From NCBI RefSeq assembly GCF_009914755.1, contig NC_060926.1: a stretch of 64,000 nucleotides of DNA; one strand, 5' to 3'. This document shows positions 12,061-25,914 of the stretch, one piece after another; the stretch's first letter is position 1; every line of letters begins with the position of its first letter. Position numbers and translations under genes: made by a program. The notes below the pieces were generated by a model. The model was not told where the DNA came from and ran no database searches. It saw only the letters and a list, made by a program, of their open reading frames with translations. This DNA comes from the human T2T-CHM13v2.0 reference genome, Homo sapiens.

Positions 12061-12814
12061 TCTATTTTAAATCCAGGCCCAGTTAGCCACTCAAGATCTA
12101 TCTTACAGGACTGGCTCTTTCAGGTTCACACTAATAAAGGCCTGTCCTTGGGGAAGACTTCTGTTCACATGCGCTCCAGTGAATTTCCCTTTCTGGTCAT
12201 TCTCTACCCCAGCACGCCCCCCACCCCCGACCCGCCCCACCCACCCACCTGTTCATTTCCTTCTTAGCATGCTTCACGATTTCTAAGTTCCTGCTCATGT
12301 GTTTAAATTGTGAGTCTGGCTCACCTCATGGCGCGTGCTCGTGTGGTGGGCTCTGCTGCAGCCTCAAGACCCCACACTGTGCTGGACTCAATAAATATTG
12401 TTGGACGAAGGAATGAAACACATGATACAAGTGAGCAGGCAGTACCGGGGGAGCTGTGGAGTGGGCACTCTTACAGGTTTCCATGGCGAAAGCGGGGGTA
12501 CAGTTGTGTTCTTTTCTTTCTAAAAGGCTTTCTAAAAAGCCTTCTGTTTAATTTCTGGAAAAGAAGCCTAACTTGTTCACTACATAGTCGTCCTTCTTCC
12601 TCTCTGGTAACACTTGTTGGTCTGTGGAAATACTAATTTAATGGATCCTGAGGTTCTGGAAGTACTTTGCTGTGTTCACTCAAGAATGTGATTTGAGTAT
12701 GAAATTCCAGCCAGTTCAACTGTTGTTGCCTATTAAGAAACCTAATAAAGCTCCACCTTCTTTATCTCTGAAAGTGAACTCCCTGCTACCTTTGTGGACT
12801 GACAGCTTTTTATA

Positions 12815-12880
12815 GTCACGTGACACAGTCAAACATTAACTTGGTGTATCGATTGGTTTTTGCCATATATATATATATAA
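12815..12880 (+). promoter_or_regulatory. UGT1A1: UGT1A1 proximal promoter: E-box, HNF1 site and A(TA)6TAA TATA element (*1, non-Gilbert allele)
   Basis: GTCACGTGAC at 12815-12824, GTCAAACATTAAC at 12828-12840, ATATATATATATATAA at 12865-12880 (six TA units). Confidence 0.95.
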
Positions 12881-12918
12881 GTAGGAGAGGGCGAACCTCT
12901 GGCAGGAGCAAAGGCGCC

Positions 12919-13782
12919 ATGGCTGTGGAGTCCCAGGGCGGACGCCCACTTGTCCTGGGCCTGCTGCTGTGTGTGCTGGGCCCAGTGGTGTCCCATGCTG
13001 GGAAGATACTGTTGATCCCAGTGGATGGCAGCCACTGGCTGAGCATGCTTGGGGCCATCCAGCAGCTGCAGCAGAGGGGACATGAAATAGTTGTCCTAGC
13101 ACCTGACGCCTCGTTGTACATCAGAGACGGAGCATTTTACACCTTGAAGACGTACCCTGTGCCATTCCAAAGGGAGGATGTGAAAGAGTCTTTTGTTAGT
13201 CTCGGGCATAATGTTTTTGAGAATGATTCTTTCCTGCAGCGTGTGATCAAAACATACAAGAAAATAAAAAAGGACTCTGCTATGCTTTTGTCTGGCTGTT
13301 CCCACTTACTGCACAACAAGGAGCTCATGGCCTCCCTGGCAGAAAGCAGCTTTGATGTCATGCTGACGGACCCTTTCCTTCCTTGCAGCCCCATCGTGGC
13401 CCAGTACCTGTCTCTGCCCACTGTATTCTTCTTGCATGCACTGCCATGCAGCCTGGAATTTGAGGCTACCCAGTGCCCCAACCCATTCTCCTACGTGCCC
13501 AGGCCTCTCTCCTCTCATTCAGATCACATGACCTTCCTGCAGCGGGTGAAGAACATGCTCATTGCCTTTTCACAGAACTTTCTGTGCGACGTGGTTTATT
13601 CCCCGTATGCAACCCTTGCCTCAGAATTCCTTCAGAGAGAGGTGACTGTCCAGGACCTATTGAGCTCTGCATCTGTCTGGCTGTTTAGAAGTGACTTTGT
13701 GAAGGATTACCCTAGGCCCATCATGCCCAATATGGTTTTTGTTGGTGGAATCAACTGCCTTCACCAAAATCCACTATCCCAG
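12919..13782 (+). CDS. UGT1A1: UGT1A1 exon 1 (bilirubin UDP-glucuronosyltransferase aglycone-binding domain), 864 nt coding
   Basis: MAVESQGGRPLVLGLLLCVLGPVVSHAGKILLIPVDGSHW...LHQNPLSQ with donor CAG|GTGTGT. Gly71 (GGA) intact. Confidence 0.99.
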
Positions 13783-16700
13783 GTGTGTATTGGAGTGGGA
13801 CTTTTACATGCGTATATTCTTTCAGATGTATTACTTTGGATCGATTAACTAGCCCCAGATATATGCTGAGCAAGCATTCTGAGATAATTTAAAATGCCCT
13901 CTTTTGTTAATTTTTGACTCCTAGGTTTGAGTCTGTCTTTGGCATCATCTTCTGGATGATTTCTTGGTATCTGAGATTTCGGGAAAGCATTCCTTGGACA
14001 TTTTACTCTGTGTGCTCCAGTGGATAGTAATCAATTAGAAACAACAAGCTGTTAAATGCCATAGGCACAGAATGCTGGGTTTGGGGCACCCTGCAGAAAA
14101 CTCAGTTGAAGCCTGCACCTTGCCCTGGATTCAGTCAGGCAGGCAATGTTCAGGACTGATGAAATCATTCTTTGATGATGATAGATCCTGGAAATGAAAG
14201 TTGCCTTTGTGACCCTGGTTAAAGCTCCAGTTTCTAAATATTCTGATAAGAAGCTAAATCCTGCAGTCCGTTCTCTTCTAATGAGTGAATCACCAGACAG
14301 TCAGGTTCTGACATGATACAGAAAGGTTGTAGGTTTCATTCTCAAGCTATTAGGTTTATTTTTCCCCTACAGAGTTTGAAGTATGCAAAAAGTAGCATTC
14401 ACATCCTCATCGAAATCTCAGCAGAGGATAGAAAAGAACAGGAGAGGCTCCTTCAGATGGAGCGTTAGGGAATTACTCTTTGAGGAGGTGACATTTCAGA
14501 GAGCGTTCATTCACTTATCCTGCAAAGATTGGCTGAGGATCTACTGGCAGCCCAGGCACTTCCCAGGTGCTGCGTCTGGCTCCCATTAAGGGGACTGATA
14601 TCACCTTCGGAGGTGACCTTATTTCCACTATACCTCCAATGTGATTTGTATTTTATTTTTTTTAATTTTCTGTGCATTTTCCTTCATAGCACATCAAATA
14701 TGGCAGCCATTTCACTTAGATAGTTGTTGATTGTCCGCTTCACATCATGAGCCATGTGGGGACCTGTGTGACTTTGCATTAATCACATCCACTGTATGCG
14801 GCGTCCTCAACACCTGCCAATGGGTCTGCATGTATTTGGCGCCCCATAAATCTCAGCACCTAAGGCACAGAATAGGCACCCACCGAATATGTGTTACATT
14901 AATGAATGAGAAGAAAGGTGCCAACCGAGGTCTAGTTAATGGGTCGAGAGTAATCCACAATAGCTCTTTTTAGTTCTTTGTACTCCAGCTATTACATACC
15001 AATATGTATATAGAAACATATGTAAAATTTTTTGGTTGCTTTTTCTACAAAATAGAGTAACAGTGTATTCCCACTGCCCACTTACCGATAATGTCATGGA
15101 TATCACTCCAGTTTTAAATGCTATTACTTTTTAAACTATGAAATAGTATTTCATGGTACTTGTGTACCACAGTGTATTCTGCTGGAGATCTAGTCTAGTT
15201 CCCCACAGAGGAACATTACAATTTGTATTCCAGGAGTTTTGTTGTTGTGACCTCAAACACTTCCTTTAAAAAGATAAGCTATTTTGTAGTTTAAAAAACA
15301 TTTGTTCTGTTTCTTTCTCATTCATCTTTTCTTAAGTATTTTACACGGTTTTTTTTTTTTGGTCACTACTGTGAATGTGTTATTTTTTTGCATTTCTATC
15401 TCTAGCTGATTATCTACTCATTACTCAGCTATCTCATCAAAATATTTATTTTCATAATAAAAAATAATAGGCAGTCATTTGCTGATAAAGAAATTTTGGT
15501 TTCTTCTCTTATAAATTCCATGCCAAATATCAGGGCTATTGAATTTATTAGAATCTCTAAAAACAGTTGAATAATTCTGGCAATAGGAAAGATGCCCGTC
15601 TTGCTGCTATTTTAGTGGAAATTGATTATCATTTCATTATTTTGCATTATGTTAGCCATTGTTTTCTGAACAGGCTTTATTGATTTAGATAATTTCCTTC
15701 TTTGCGTGAGGATGTTTGTAGGAGAGGCACCGAACTTTATCAGCTGCCTTTCTGGCATTTATTGATATAACCATAAAAGTCTAAGTGGTGAACTGTGTTG
15801 ACTACATATTTGTTGTTGCCTTGTTTGGTGCAGTCAGGCTTAGGTGTGAAAATATGTTTTTAAATTGTACCTTTTAGTAACCTGTTTTGTCTTGTTGCAT
15901 GTTTTAATCTGAAATTCCACTTTTTGGATATTAATATTACCACTTCTGTATTATTTTTGTTTACATTTCCCTAGCACATCTTTAGTACTCCTTTGTCTTC
16001 AAGCTTTCTTCCTTTTTAAACAACATGGCACTGGTATTTTTAATCCAGTCAGGCAGTTGCTTTAATAAGTGCATTTTGCCTATTTGAATCTAACAATTAA
16101 TAGATTTGATTGTAACTCTCTCAGTTTACTTTATGTTTAGTTGACTTTGCCATTCTCCTTTTTCCGGATTTCTACTGGTTGGTCAAGTTACTGTTCTTAT
16201 TTTCTCTTTCTTCCTTTGTTAACTAAAAATGCCACTCTGCACTACCATTCCTCTTGTGTTGATGGTCCTATTCTCAATACTCTTGATAAAACTCCTGAAC
16301 TTTAAGAATAAAGATAAAACTTTTATTGCACAAAGAAGTCCATAGAGAAAGCACAACCTGGCATTGGCGTGTCTTTGGTGTGTCTGAAGGAAAAGAGATA
16401 GTGGAACAACATTGGGAGAAAAGGAATGAAACTCAAGAATTCCAAGATGTTCCTCCCCTGCCAGGGTAAGATAGCAGTGGTTCACAGACAATCGCAATGC
16501 TGGGTCTGAGAAAAATAACTAAACAGAAGATTAGTGAGGACCAAGGCTTCGAGATGGCCAGGAGAGGAAAGCTTGGGAGCAGGGAAGGTTGAGATATATG
16601 TGGGTTACTGGGAATGCGTGATGGTGAAGTCACAGATGACCCACATGGTGTCTAAGTGCTAAAGAAGAATTCTGGGAAAATGAAATGCATTTGGGAAGGG

Positions 16701-17854
16701 AAAATCTAATTAAAAGCCTAAACTAAAAATACAAAATTCTTGGTAAAGTTTAGGAGTTATGTTAAATGTCTCATTTTGGCTGGTGAAGTCTCATCAGAAC
16801 AGGGAAATTCTCTCATTCAGGGGCATCTCATCTTTTCTTTGAAGGGAATCAATGGTGGGGGATTGGAGTGTTATTTTCAGTTAATATGTTGCTTCACTCT
16901 TTGGTCATTCCGGTAACTGTGAAGTCAGGGTGAAGTTTAAGGGAAGCTTTGCCAAGTAGGGGATGGACTTCACCTTTATTGAGCCTCATAGTAGCTGGCT
17001 CAGGTAGGAGTTGGCCGTGATGACAACTTCTCTGCAGTTTGCCCTGCGTGAATCTCCAGATGAACTTTTGTGCCATTTAAACTTTCGTGATCTCCTGCTA
17101 TTTAACTTCGAATGTTTATGGACCTGTGGGTTCAATTTTGTGTGAATCACATCCTGCTGATTGCTGAGTGGGCGTGTGGGAGGGTGTGCCTGGAGGAGAA
17201 CTTAGACTCGGCCTTTTCCAGATGAGCTTCAGTGTAAGAGTGGGTTTCATGAAGAGCAAAGGTCCTAGGAAATTTAAGTAAGCCATTTACCAACGCTCAG
17301 AAGAAAGAACTTGAAGAGCACTTGGAAATGAGCTGTGTCTCCCCAAGAAAGAGGGAGAGAAAGAGGGGAGAGATGTGGTGCAGACCCTAGGGAGGAAGGA
17401 GTTCAGAAAAACCATCCTCAGGGTGTTCTTGCTACAAACCAAAAAATGCAGCATGGTGGTGGGGAGGATGACTCTGTCCTCCCTGACTTTTAGATGAGCC
17501 CAAGGGAAAAGGCAAAGACAAAGCCCTTAAGAGCCAGAGGACTCACGAGGGCCTGGGGCTGGTGAGAGTGGCGGGGAGAGAGGGCTCACCTTGGGAGAAG
17601 GATGGTCAGTGTCTGGGGCTTTCCTGGTCATGTTCCAAATCAGGCTTGGCAGGAGTCCTGCTGTGCAAATTGCGTTTGCTGAGCCCTGTCAGAGGTCTCC
17701 TGTGTCTCACATCTAGGGTGACCAGCATCCTGGCTTCCTCAGGACTGTTCAGGTTTTAGCACTGAACATCACATGTCCTAGGGAACCCCTCAGTTTGGGC
17801 AAGCCCTGCCACATCACACAATCATATTAGTGCCCTCAGTATTCTTTGCAAACA

Positions 17855-18370
17855 TAAAACCATAGACTCAGTAATCCCATTACTGGGTATATACCCAAAG
17901 AAATATAAATTATTCTACTATAAAGACACATGCACATATTTGTTTATTGCAGCACTATTCACAATAACAAAGTCATGGAACCAACCCAGATGCCCATCAA
18001 TGGTAGATTGGATAAAGAAAATGTGGTACATATACACCATGGAATACTATGCAGCCATAACAAGGAATGAGATCATATTCTTTGCAAGGACATGGATGAA
18101 GCTGGAAGCCATCATCCTCCACAAACTAACACAGGAACAGAAAATCAAACACCGCATGTTCTCACTCATAAGTGGGAGTTGAACAGTGAGAATGCGTAGA
18201 CGCAGGGAGGGGAACAACACACACCAGGGCTTGTGGCGGGGTGAGGGGTGAGGGGAGGAACTTAGAGGATAGGTCAATAGGTGCAGCAAACCACCATGGC
18301 ATATGTATCCCAGAACTTCAAGTAAATAATAATAATAATAATTAATAATAATAATAATAATAAATAAACC
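17855..18370 (+). mobile_element. 5'-truncated L1PA 3' end with (TAA)n tail
   Basis: ORF2 C-terminus MFIAALFTI...WIKKMWYIYTMEYYAAI...HRMFSLISGS followed by the L1 3' UTR. Confidence 0.92.
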
Positions 18371-18487
18371 CATAAAGCCATTTGAGAGATTCTTGGGGGA
18401 TTCATTGGACCACTGAAAATCTACAGTGAGAAAAGAATTGCCATGTTGATGAAACAGGAAAACTTTCCTTGTCCCCCTCACAGAGCA

Positions 18488-19318
18488 TGTGACAGCGGGA
18501 GGGGCTCACTTTCTCAGTGCGCCACTGCTCAAACCTCTAGGGGAGCATACAGACGGGCAGGTTGTGGGGCTCTGACCTCACCGGCAGTGTCTAGAGGTGG
18601 ATGTTTACAGCTCCTGAAGCTCCAGTGGGCGTGGGTTATGGCCTTCTTTTAGTTTTGCCCTCTATAGTCAGCTTGTGTTAACCAGCTCAATTACACCCTC
18701 TACCTTGTCGCAAGGACAGAGGGCTTTCTGTATCCTGGGGGCTTGCCTTGGTGTACCAGAAGAATCGAATCCCACCTGGGCTTGGAGAATGAGTGCAAGG
18801 ATTTATTGAGTGGATGTAGCTCTCAGCAGATGGGGGAAGCCAGAAGGGGATGGAATGGGAAGGGTTTCCCCTGGAGTCAGACCGCTCAGTGGCCCGGGCT
18901 CGGTGGCCCGGGCTCGGTGGCCTGGGCTCTCCTCCGACTGCCTCAGCCAAACTCCGCGTTGTTCTGCTGGTCAGTGGCCTGCCGGTGCCTGTTGGTGAGT
19001 TCTTCTCAATGTCCAGCTGTCCTTGCGTCCCTCCGCTGATGTGCTCCTCCCGATGTCCAGCTACCTGTGTGTCTGCCTGCTAGGGTCTTGGGGTTTTTAT
19101 AGGCACATGATGGGGGCGTGGCAGGCCAGGGTGGTTTTGGGAAATGAAACATTTAGGCAGGAAAACAAAAATGCCTGTCCTCACCTAGGTCCATGGGCAC
19201 AGGTCTGGGGGTGGAGCCCTCGCCAGGGACCACACCCTCTTCTACCCAGCACTTCCCTTCCCTACTTCCATATCATTTAAAGGGACCACGCCCTTCCCAG
19301 CTCTTCCCTTCTGTATCA
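18488..19318 (-). mobile_element. ERV1-class solo LTR (LTR1-like) in UGT1A intron 1
   Basis: Minus strand begins TGATACAGAAGGGAAG...GAAGTGCTGGGTAGAAGAGGG and ends ..GTCACA. About 830 bp, CpG-rich, minus-strand AATAAA near 18802. Confidence 0.7.
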
Positions 19319-19664
19319 CTGATGCCTTGCTCTGTGTTCTCTAAGTGGAATTATCACTGTGTGTATGTACAGGTGTGTGCATGTGTGTGCATGTACCTGT
19401 GCTTTTCTTTTGGAAAACTAGCACATTACCTGGATTTTGCATCTCAAGGATAATTCTGTAAGCAGGAACCCTTCCTCCTTTAGAAGGAAGTAAAGGAGAG
19501 GAAAATGCTGTAAAACTTACATATTAATAATTTTTTACTCTATCTCAAACACGCATGCCTTTAATCATAGTCTTAAGAGGAAGATATCTAATTCATAACT
19601 TACTGTATGTAGTCATCAAAGAATATGAGAAAAAATTAACTGAAAATTTTTCTTCTGGCTCTAG

Positions 19665-19844
<180 letters not shown>

Positions 19845-20416
19845 TAATCCCAGACTTCCAGCTTCCAGATTAATTCTCTTAATTGGAACCTTAGATTTGG
19901 CTTTTCCCTGCCACTTCCCAACTATTAATCCAAAGGTTTTTTTTGTTGTTGTGGTTGTTGTCATTGTTTTCAATTTGACTCTCAAATACTCTATTAAACT
20001 ATGATCCACCACACTCAGAAGTATCATTTTCTCTAAGAGACTCAAAAGTGTATTAGGGAGAATTTATTTAAAAATAAAATAAATGGGATATTGTTTCTTC
20101 ATATTAAATAGAAGTATTTCTCCAAAAAGCTGTTGGTTAGAACACTGAATTTATGTCTTACATTTCTGCTCTTATAGTTCTGCATCCACTTGTTTCATTA
20201 AGCAAACTTTCCCTTAAAGTGCAGGAAAGTGAAAAAATCCTAAGTGCACAGCTTGATAAATTATCACAAATTCACGTAGTGCATACACCCTTGTAACTAA
20301 ACCTCCAAAACAAGATGCCGGAAGTTGCCAGTCCTCAGAAGCCTTCACAGTTACTGATCCTCCCACTCTGTTAAAGACTGTTCCTTCAGAGGACCCCTGT
20401 TTTCTAGTTAGTATAG

Positions 20417-20590
<174 letters not shown>

Positions 20591-20819
20591 TAGGTCAAAC
20601 CAGGGTCAAATTAAGAAAATGGCTTAAGCACAGCTATTCTAAAGGATTGTTGAGCTTGAAAATATTATGGCCAACATATCCTACATTGCTTTTTATCTAG
20701 TGGGGTATCTCAACCCACATTTTCTTCTGCAAATTTCTGCAAGGGCATGTGAGTAACACTGAGTCTTTGGAGTGTTTTCAGAACCTAGATGTGTCCAGCT
20801 GTGAAACTCAGAGATGTAA

Positions 20820-21071
<252 letters not shown>

Positions 21072-21204
21072 TAAGAAAGAAGATACAGAAGAATACTTTG
21101 GTCATGGCATTCATGATAAAATTGTTTCAAATATGAAAACATTTACGTAGCATTTAATAGCGTTGTTTCAAATATAAAAACAAATACATAAAAATCTGGA
21201 TTTT

Positions 21205-21512
21205 TATTTCTTCTTTTTTTTTTTTTTTTTTTTGAGATGGAGTCTTGCTCTGTCACCTAGGCTGGAGTGCAGTGGTGCAATCTTGGCTTACTGCAACCTC
21301 CACCTCCCACGTTCAAGCAGTTCTGCCTCAGCCTCCGTGTAGCTGGGATTACAGGTGTCCACCACCACGCCCGGTTAATTTTTGTATTTTTTAGTAGAGA
21401 AAGGGTTTCACCATGTTTGTCAGGCTGGTCTTGAACTCCTGACTTCAGGTGATCCACCTGCCTCGGCCTGCCAAAGTGCTGAGATTACAGGCATGAGCCA
21501 GCGCGTCTGACC
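21205..21512 (-). mobile_element. Alu (AluS-like), antisense, in UGT1A intron 4
   Basis: Poly-T, then GAGATGGAGTCTTGCTCTGTC...CAAAGTGCTGAGATTACAGGCATGAGCC. Confidence 0.95.
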
Positions 21513-22159
21513 TGGATTTATAAATAAGATAATTTAGAGGTTATTATTCACTTTATAAAAGGATTCTTTAGTTTCTATATAATTTATCATATAATTTATT
21601 TAGAATTTTATTTCCCCCATTAGATTTAAAACTCCAATTTATATAAAAAGTTGCCATAATAGACATCTGATCCATAAGTTTCCTGCACAGAAAGAAATAC
21701 TCCATTATAAGAAGCATAGTATCTTTAAGAGAAAAACAACTCAAATGCTTAGAAGTACAGCTTTTTGCAGCACTGGAACCTGTGAGAAATTTTGTCCATG
21801 GAGTTTATGAATGAAGGAGCTATAAGATATCACAGACAAAGTCTTAGAATAAGAGCAAAGGAAAATTTGCTCAAATGTGGCCCTGAAAACGATTCAAAGG
21901 GCAAATGATTTCTGGATTAAAGTTAGTATATTACTGTCAAGCTCACTGGTAATAGGCTTATTAGAACCTTATGGGAAGAAGTGGTGGCCAGTGGTAGATT
22001 TCATCCGACAATAGATACTGTGTGCATATGTGCGTGTGCGTTTGTGCATGTGGCTGTGCTCATGTGTGGGTGCACACGTGTGCATTCATATGCGTGTGTG
22101 TGTGTGTGCGTGTGTTTATGAGAGTGTCCATTGCTTTCTCCCATGGTTACCTCCTTTAG

Positions 22160-22190
22160 AAAGAAGCAGCAGTCAGGAAGACAGATGTGA
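22160..22190 (+). CDS. UGT1A1: Alternative terminal exon 5b coding part (UGT1A_i2 isoforms; RKKQQSGRQM*); the short form extends to a donor at 22293
   Basis: tttag|A AAG AAG CAG CAG TCA GGA AGA CAG ATG TGA is in frame with exon 4. GAG|GTGCTA at 22293 gives a 134-nt exon. Matches the known i2 C-terminus. Confidence 0.93.
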
Positions 22191-22336
22191 AGAGCTGGAG
22201 CATGTTCAGATGAGAGGAGACGGAACACGGGGACACACCAGCTTGAGCAAGGGACAACAGGGGAGGACTGATGACTGACTTCCCACCTTTGAGGTGCTAA
22301 TGTGTGTGTGGTGGCACTGGATAAAAGATCAATGTT

Positions 22337-22503
22337 GGCTAGGCACCATGGCACACGCCTGTAGTCCCAGCCACTCTGGAGGCTAAGGCGGGAGGATTGC
22401 TTGAGCCCAGAAGTTGGAGGCTGCTATGAGCCGTGATCATGCCACTGCACTCCAGCAACCTGGGCAACAGAGTGAGACCCTGTCTCAAAAAAAAAAAAAA
22501 AAA
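22337..22503 (+). mobile_element. Alu monomer (FLAM/FRAM/AluJ-like)
   Basis: GGCTAGGCACCATGGCACACGCCTGTAGTCCCAG...GAGACCCTGTCTC followed by an A-tail. Confidence 0.9.
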
Positions 22504-22970
22504 TGAAAAGTCCACATAACCTGAGCATCATGTGCCCAGAGCGTTGGGTGGTGTGGTCCCATTCCTTCCTTCCAGCGGCTTCTTCTGGCCACCTCAATGT
22601 CAGGATGTCCTGCTCACATATCAATACCATTAAAACCTGACTTCTTTCCCTGCACTGTTGAAGCTCCTTCTTGAGGCTCACATTATGGATATAATTTTGA
22701 TTCTTTCTTCAGTGGTATAGATAACTACTTGTAACCTAAGAACAACTTGGTGAAAGTCCTCTAATACATTATTTTTTAAAAAAACACAAATCAATGAGCT
22801 CAACTTATTAACTAACTTTCATCTATTCATTTTTGAGCCATCCCTGTCTGATTGTGAATCTCCATGATTCCAACACTCTGAGCTGGGGATAGTGCCTACA
22901 CAAAATAAAAAGAAGTGGAAAATTTTCAAACATCAGTTTATGCTGACAACCAGGCCATAATAGGTGCTCA

Positions 22971-23305
<335 letters not shown>

Positions 23306-23435
23306 AAGGTTCCAAGAAAATTCATCTTAAGGTTTATGTAAAAGGAAGATGATATTTAACATGATTCATGGCCAAGTACTAATATTACATTATAATAATG
23401 TTTCCAAATAACATTATAGATATGTTTAAAGACAG

Positions 23436-23831
23436 TGTATTAGGCTGTTCTTGCATTGCTGTAAAGAAATACCCAAGACTGGGTAATTTATAAAGAAAAG
23501 AGGTTTCATTGGCTCGTGTTTCTGCAGGCTGTACAGGAAGCTTAGTGCTGACATCACTTGGCTGCCGGGGGAACCTCAGGGAGCTTTTACTCATGGCAGA
23601 AGGCAATGCGGGAGCTTGCATGTCACATGGCAAAAGCAGGAGCGAGAGAGAGTTGGGGGGGAAGGTGCCACACACTTTTTAATGACCGGCTCTCACAATA
23701 ACTCATGAAAACTCACTATCAGGAAGACAGCACTAAAGCACAAGGGATCCGACCCCATGATCCAAACACCTCCCACCAGGCCCCATCTCCAGCACTGGGG
23801 ATTACAATTCAACATGAGATCTGAGTGTGGA
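23436..23831 (-). mobile_element. MST-family MaLR solo LTR
   Basis: TGTATTAGGCTGTTCTTGCATTGCT...GGGATTACAATTCAACATGAGAT...CAAACTGTATCA. Confidence 0.85.
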
Positions 23832-24544
23832 CAAATATCCAAACTGTATCAGTCAACAGCGATCATAATTAGTCCTGAATAGGAGTGCCTTTTTTTTTCT
23901 TTCTTCTCCCTTTTCTTTTCTACTTCCTCCTCCTTTTCCCTCTCCTCTTCAATCTCCTCTTCATTCCTGTAGCACCAAGGGTTGAAGCACCTAACCCGTT
24001 TTGGATTGAGATGTTCTGATTGGGCAATGAACACTGTCCAGAATAAACAGAAATCCATTTTGCACTAAGTGGCTGCACAGACCCTGCCTCATGCTAAATC
24101 TAGCACCCAGATAGTTTAATGTTTCAATGACTGAATTACAAATATATCATCACCTTGGATTTGGCACTTACAAATGGCTGTTAATTTGGCCAGAGGTGGT
24201 TGTTTACAACTTCAAATAGGAGACTATTCATAATTTCTGACGTGACATTTTCCTTTCTTTATTTTACTGTATGAAAATATAATGAAATTTCTCACAAAAT
24301 ATCACTAAAAAGAAAAGAAGAAGAGTAGGAAGCAAGGTTAAAATATTTCTAAAATATAATTTTGGTCTTTCTTTTTCTCCCTTCCTTCCTCCGTCCCTCT
24401 CTCCTTTCCTCTCTCCCTCCCTCCCTCCCTCCCTTCCTCCTTTCCTTGCTTCCTTCCCTCCTTCTCTTCCTTCTTTTTCAAGAGATCAATAACATTTATT
24501 AAGAATAAGTTTCTTAATTATAACCTTTCAGGTGATAATAGTAA

Positions 24545-24770
24545 CACAGCCTGGGCAACACAATAAGACCTTGTTTCTACAAAAAATTTAAAAATTGGCC
24601 AGACATAGTGGTGCATGACTAATTCCAGCTACTCTGGAGGCTGAGGCAGGAGGATGGCTTGAGCCCAGGAGTTGGAGGCTGCAGTTAGCCATGCTTGTGC
24701 CACTACACTCCAGCCCGGGCAACAGGGCAAGACTCTGTATCTAAAAACAACAACAACAACAATAATAGAA
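24545..24770 (+). mobile_element. Partial AluJ with (CAA)n tail, preceded by a CT-rich tract (24370-24478)
   Basis: CAGCCTGGGCAACACA...GAGGCTGAGGCAGGAGGATGGCTTGAGCCCAGG. Confidence 0.85.
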
Positions 24771-24831
24771 ACAGGTTTCCTTTCCCAAGTTTGGAAAATC
24801 TGGTAGTCTTCTTAAGCAGCCATGAGCATAA

Positions 24832-25188
<357 letters not shown>

Positions 25189-25900
25189 GAAGTGGGTGGG
25201 AAATAAGGTAAAATTTTGAACCATTCCCTAGTCATTTCCAAACTTGAAAACAGAATCAGTGTTAAATTCATTTTATTCTTATTAAGGAAATACTTTGCAT
25301 AAATTAATCAGCCCCAGAGTGCTTTAAAAAATTCTCTTAAATAAAAATAATAGACTCGCTAGTCAGTAAAGATATTTGAATATGTATCGTGCCCCCTCCG
25401 GTGTCTTTGATCAGGATGACATGTGCCATTTTTCAGAGGACGTGCAGACAGGCTGGCATTCTAGATTACTTTTCTTACTCTGAAACATGGCCTGTTTGGG
25501 AGTGCGGGATTCAAAGGTGGTCCCACCGCTGCCCCTACTGCAAATGGCAGTTTTAATCTTATCTTTTGGCTTCTGCAGATGGTTGCAATTGATCCTTAAC
25601 CAATAATGGTCAGTCCTCATCTCTGTCCTGCTTCATAGGTGCCACCTTGTGTGTTTAAAGAAGGGAAGCTTTGTACCTTTAGAGTGTAGGTGAAATGAAT
25701 GAATGGCTTGGAGTGCACTGAGAACAGCATATGATTTCTTGCTTTGGGGAAAAAGAATGATGCTATGAAATTGGTGGGTGGTGTATTTGAGAAGATAATC
25801 ATTGCTTATGTCAAATGGAGCTGAATTTGATAAAAACCCAAAATACAGCTATGAAGTGCTGGGCAAGTTTACTTTTTTTCTGATGTTTCCTACAACTAAA

Positions 25901-25914
25901 AATAAATTAATAAA
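25901..25914 (+). terminator. UGT1A1: Tandem AATAAA poly(A) signals ending the shared UGT1A 3' UTR
   Basis: AATAAA at 25901 and 25909, followed by a GT/T-rich downstream element. Confidence 0.85.

Noticed and set aside
12820-12918. N-terminal extension of the UGT1A1 ORF in the track
   Set aside because: It starts at a GTG upstream of the TATA box. The true start is ATG 12919, and the tail past 13782 is intron.
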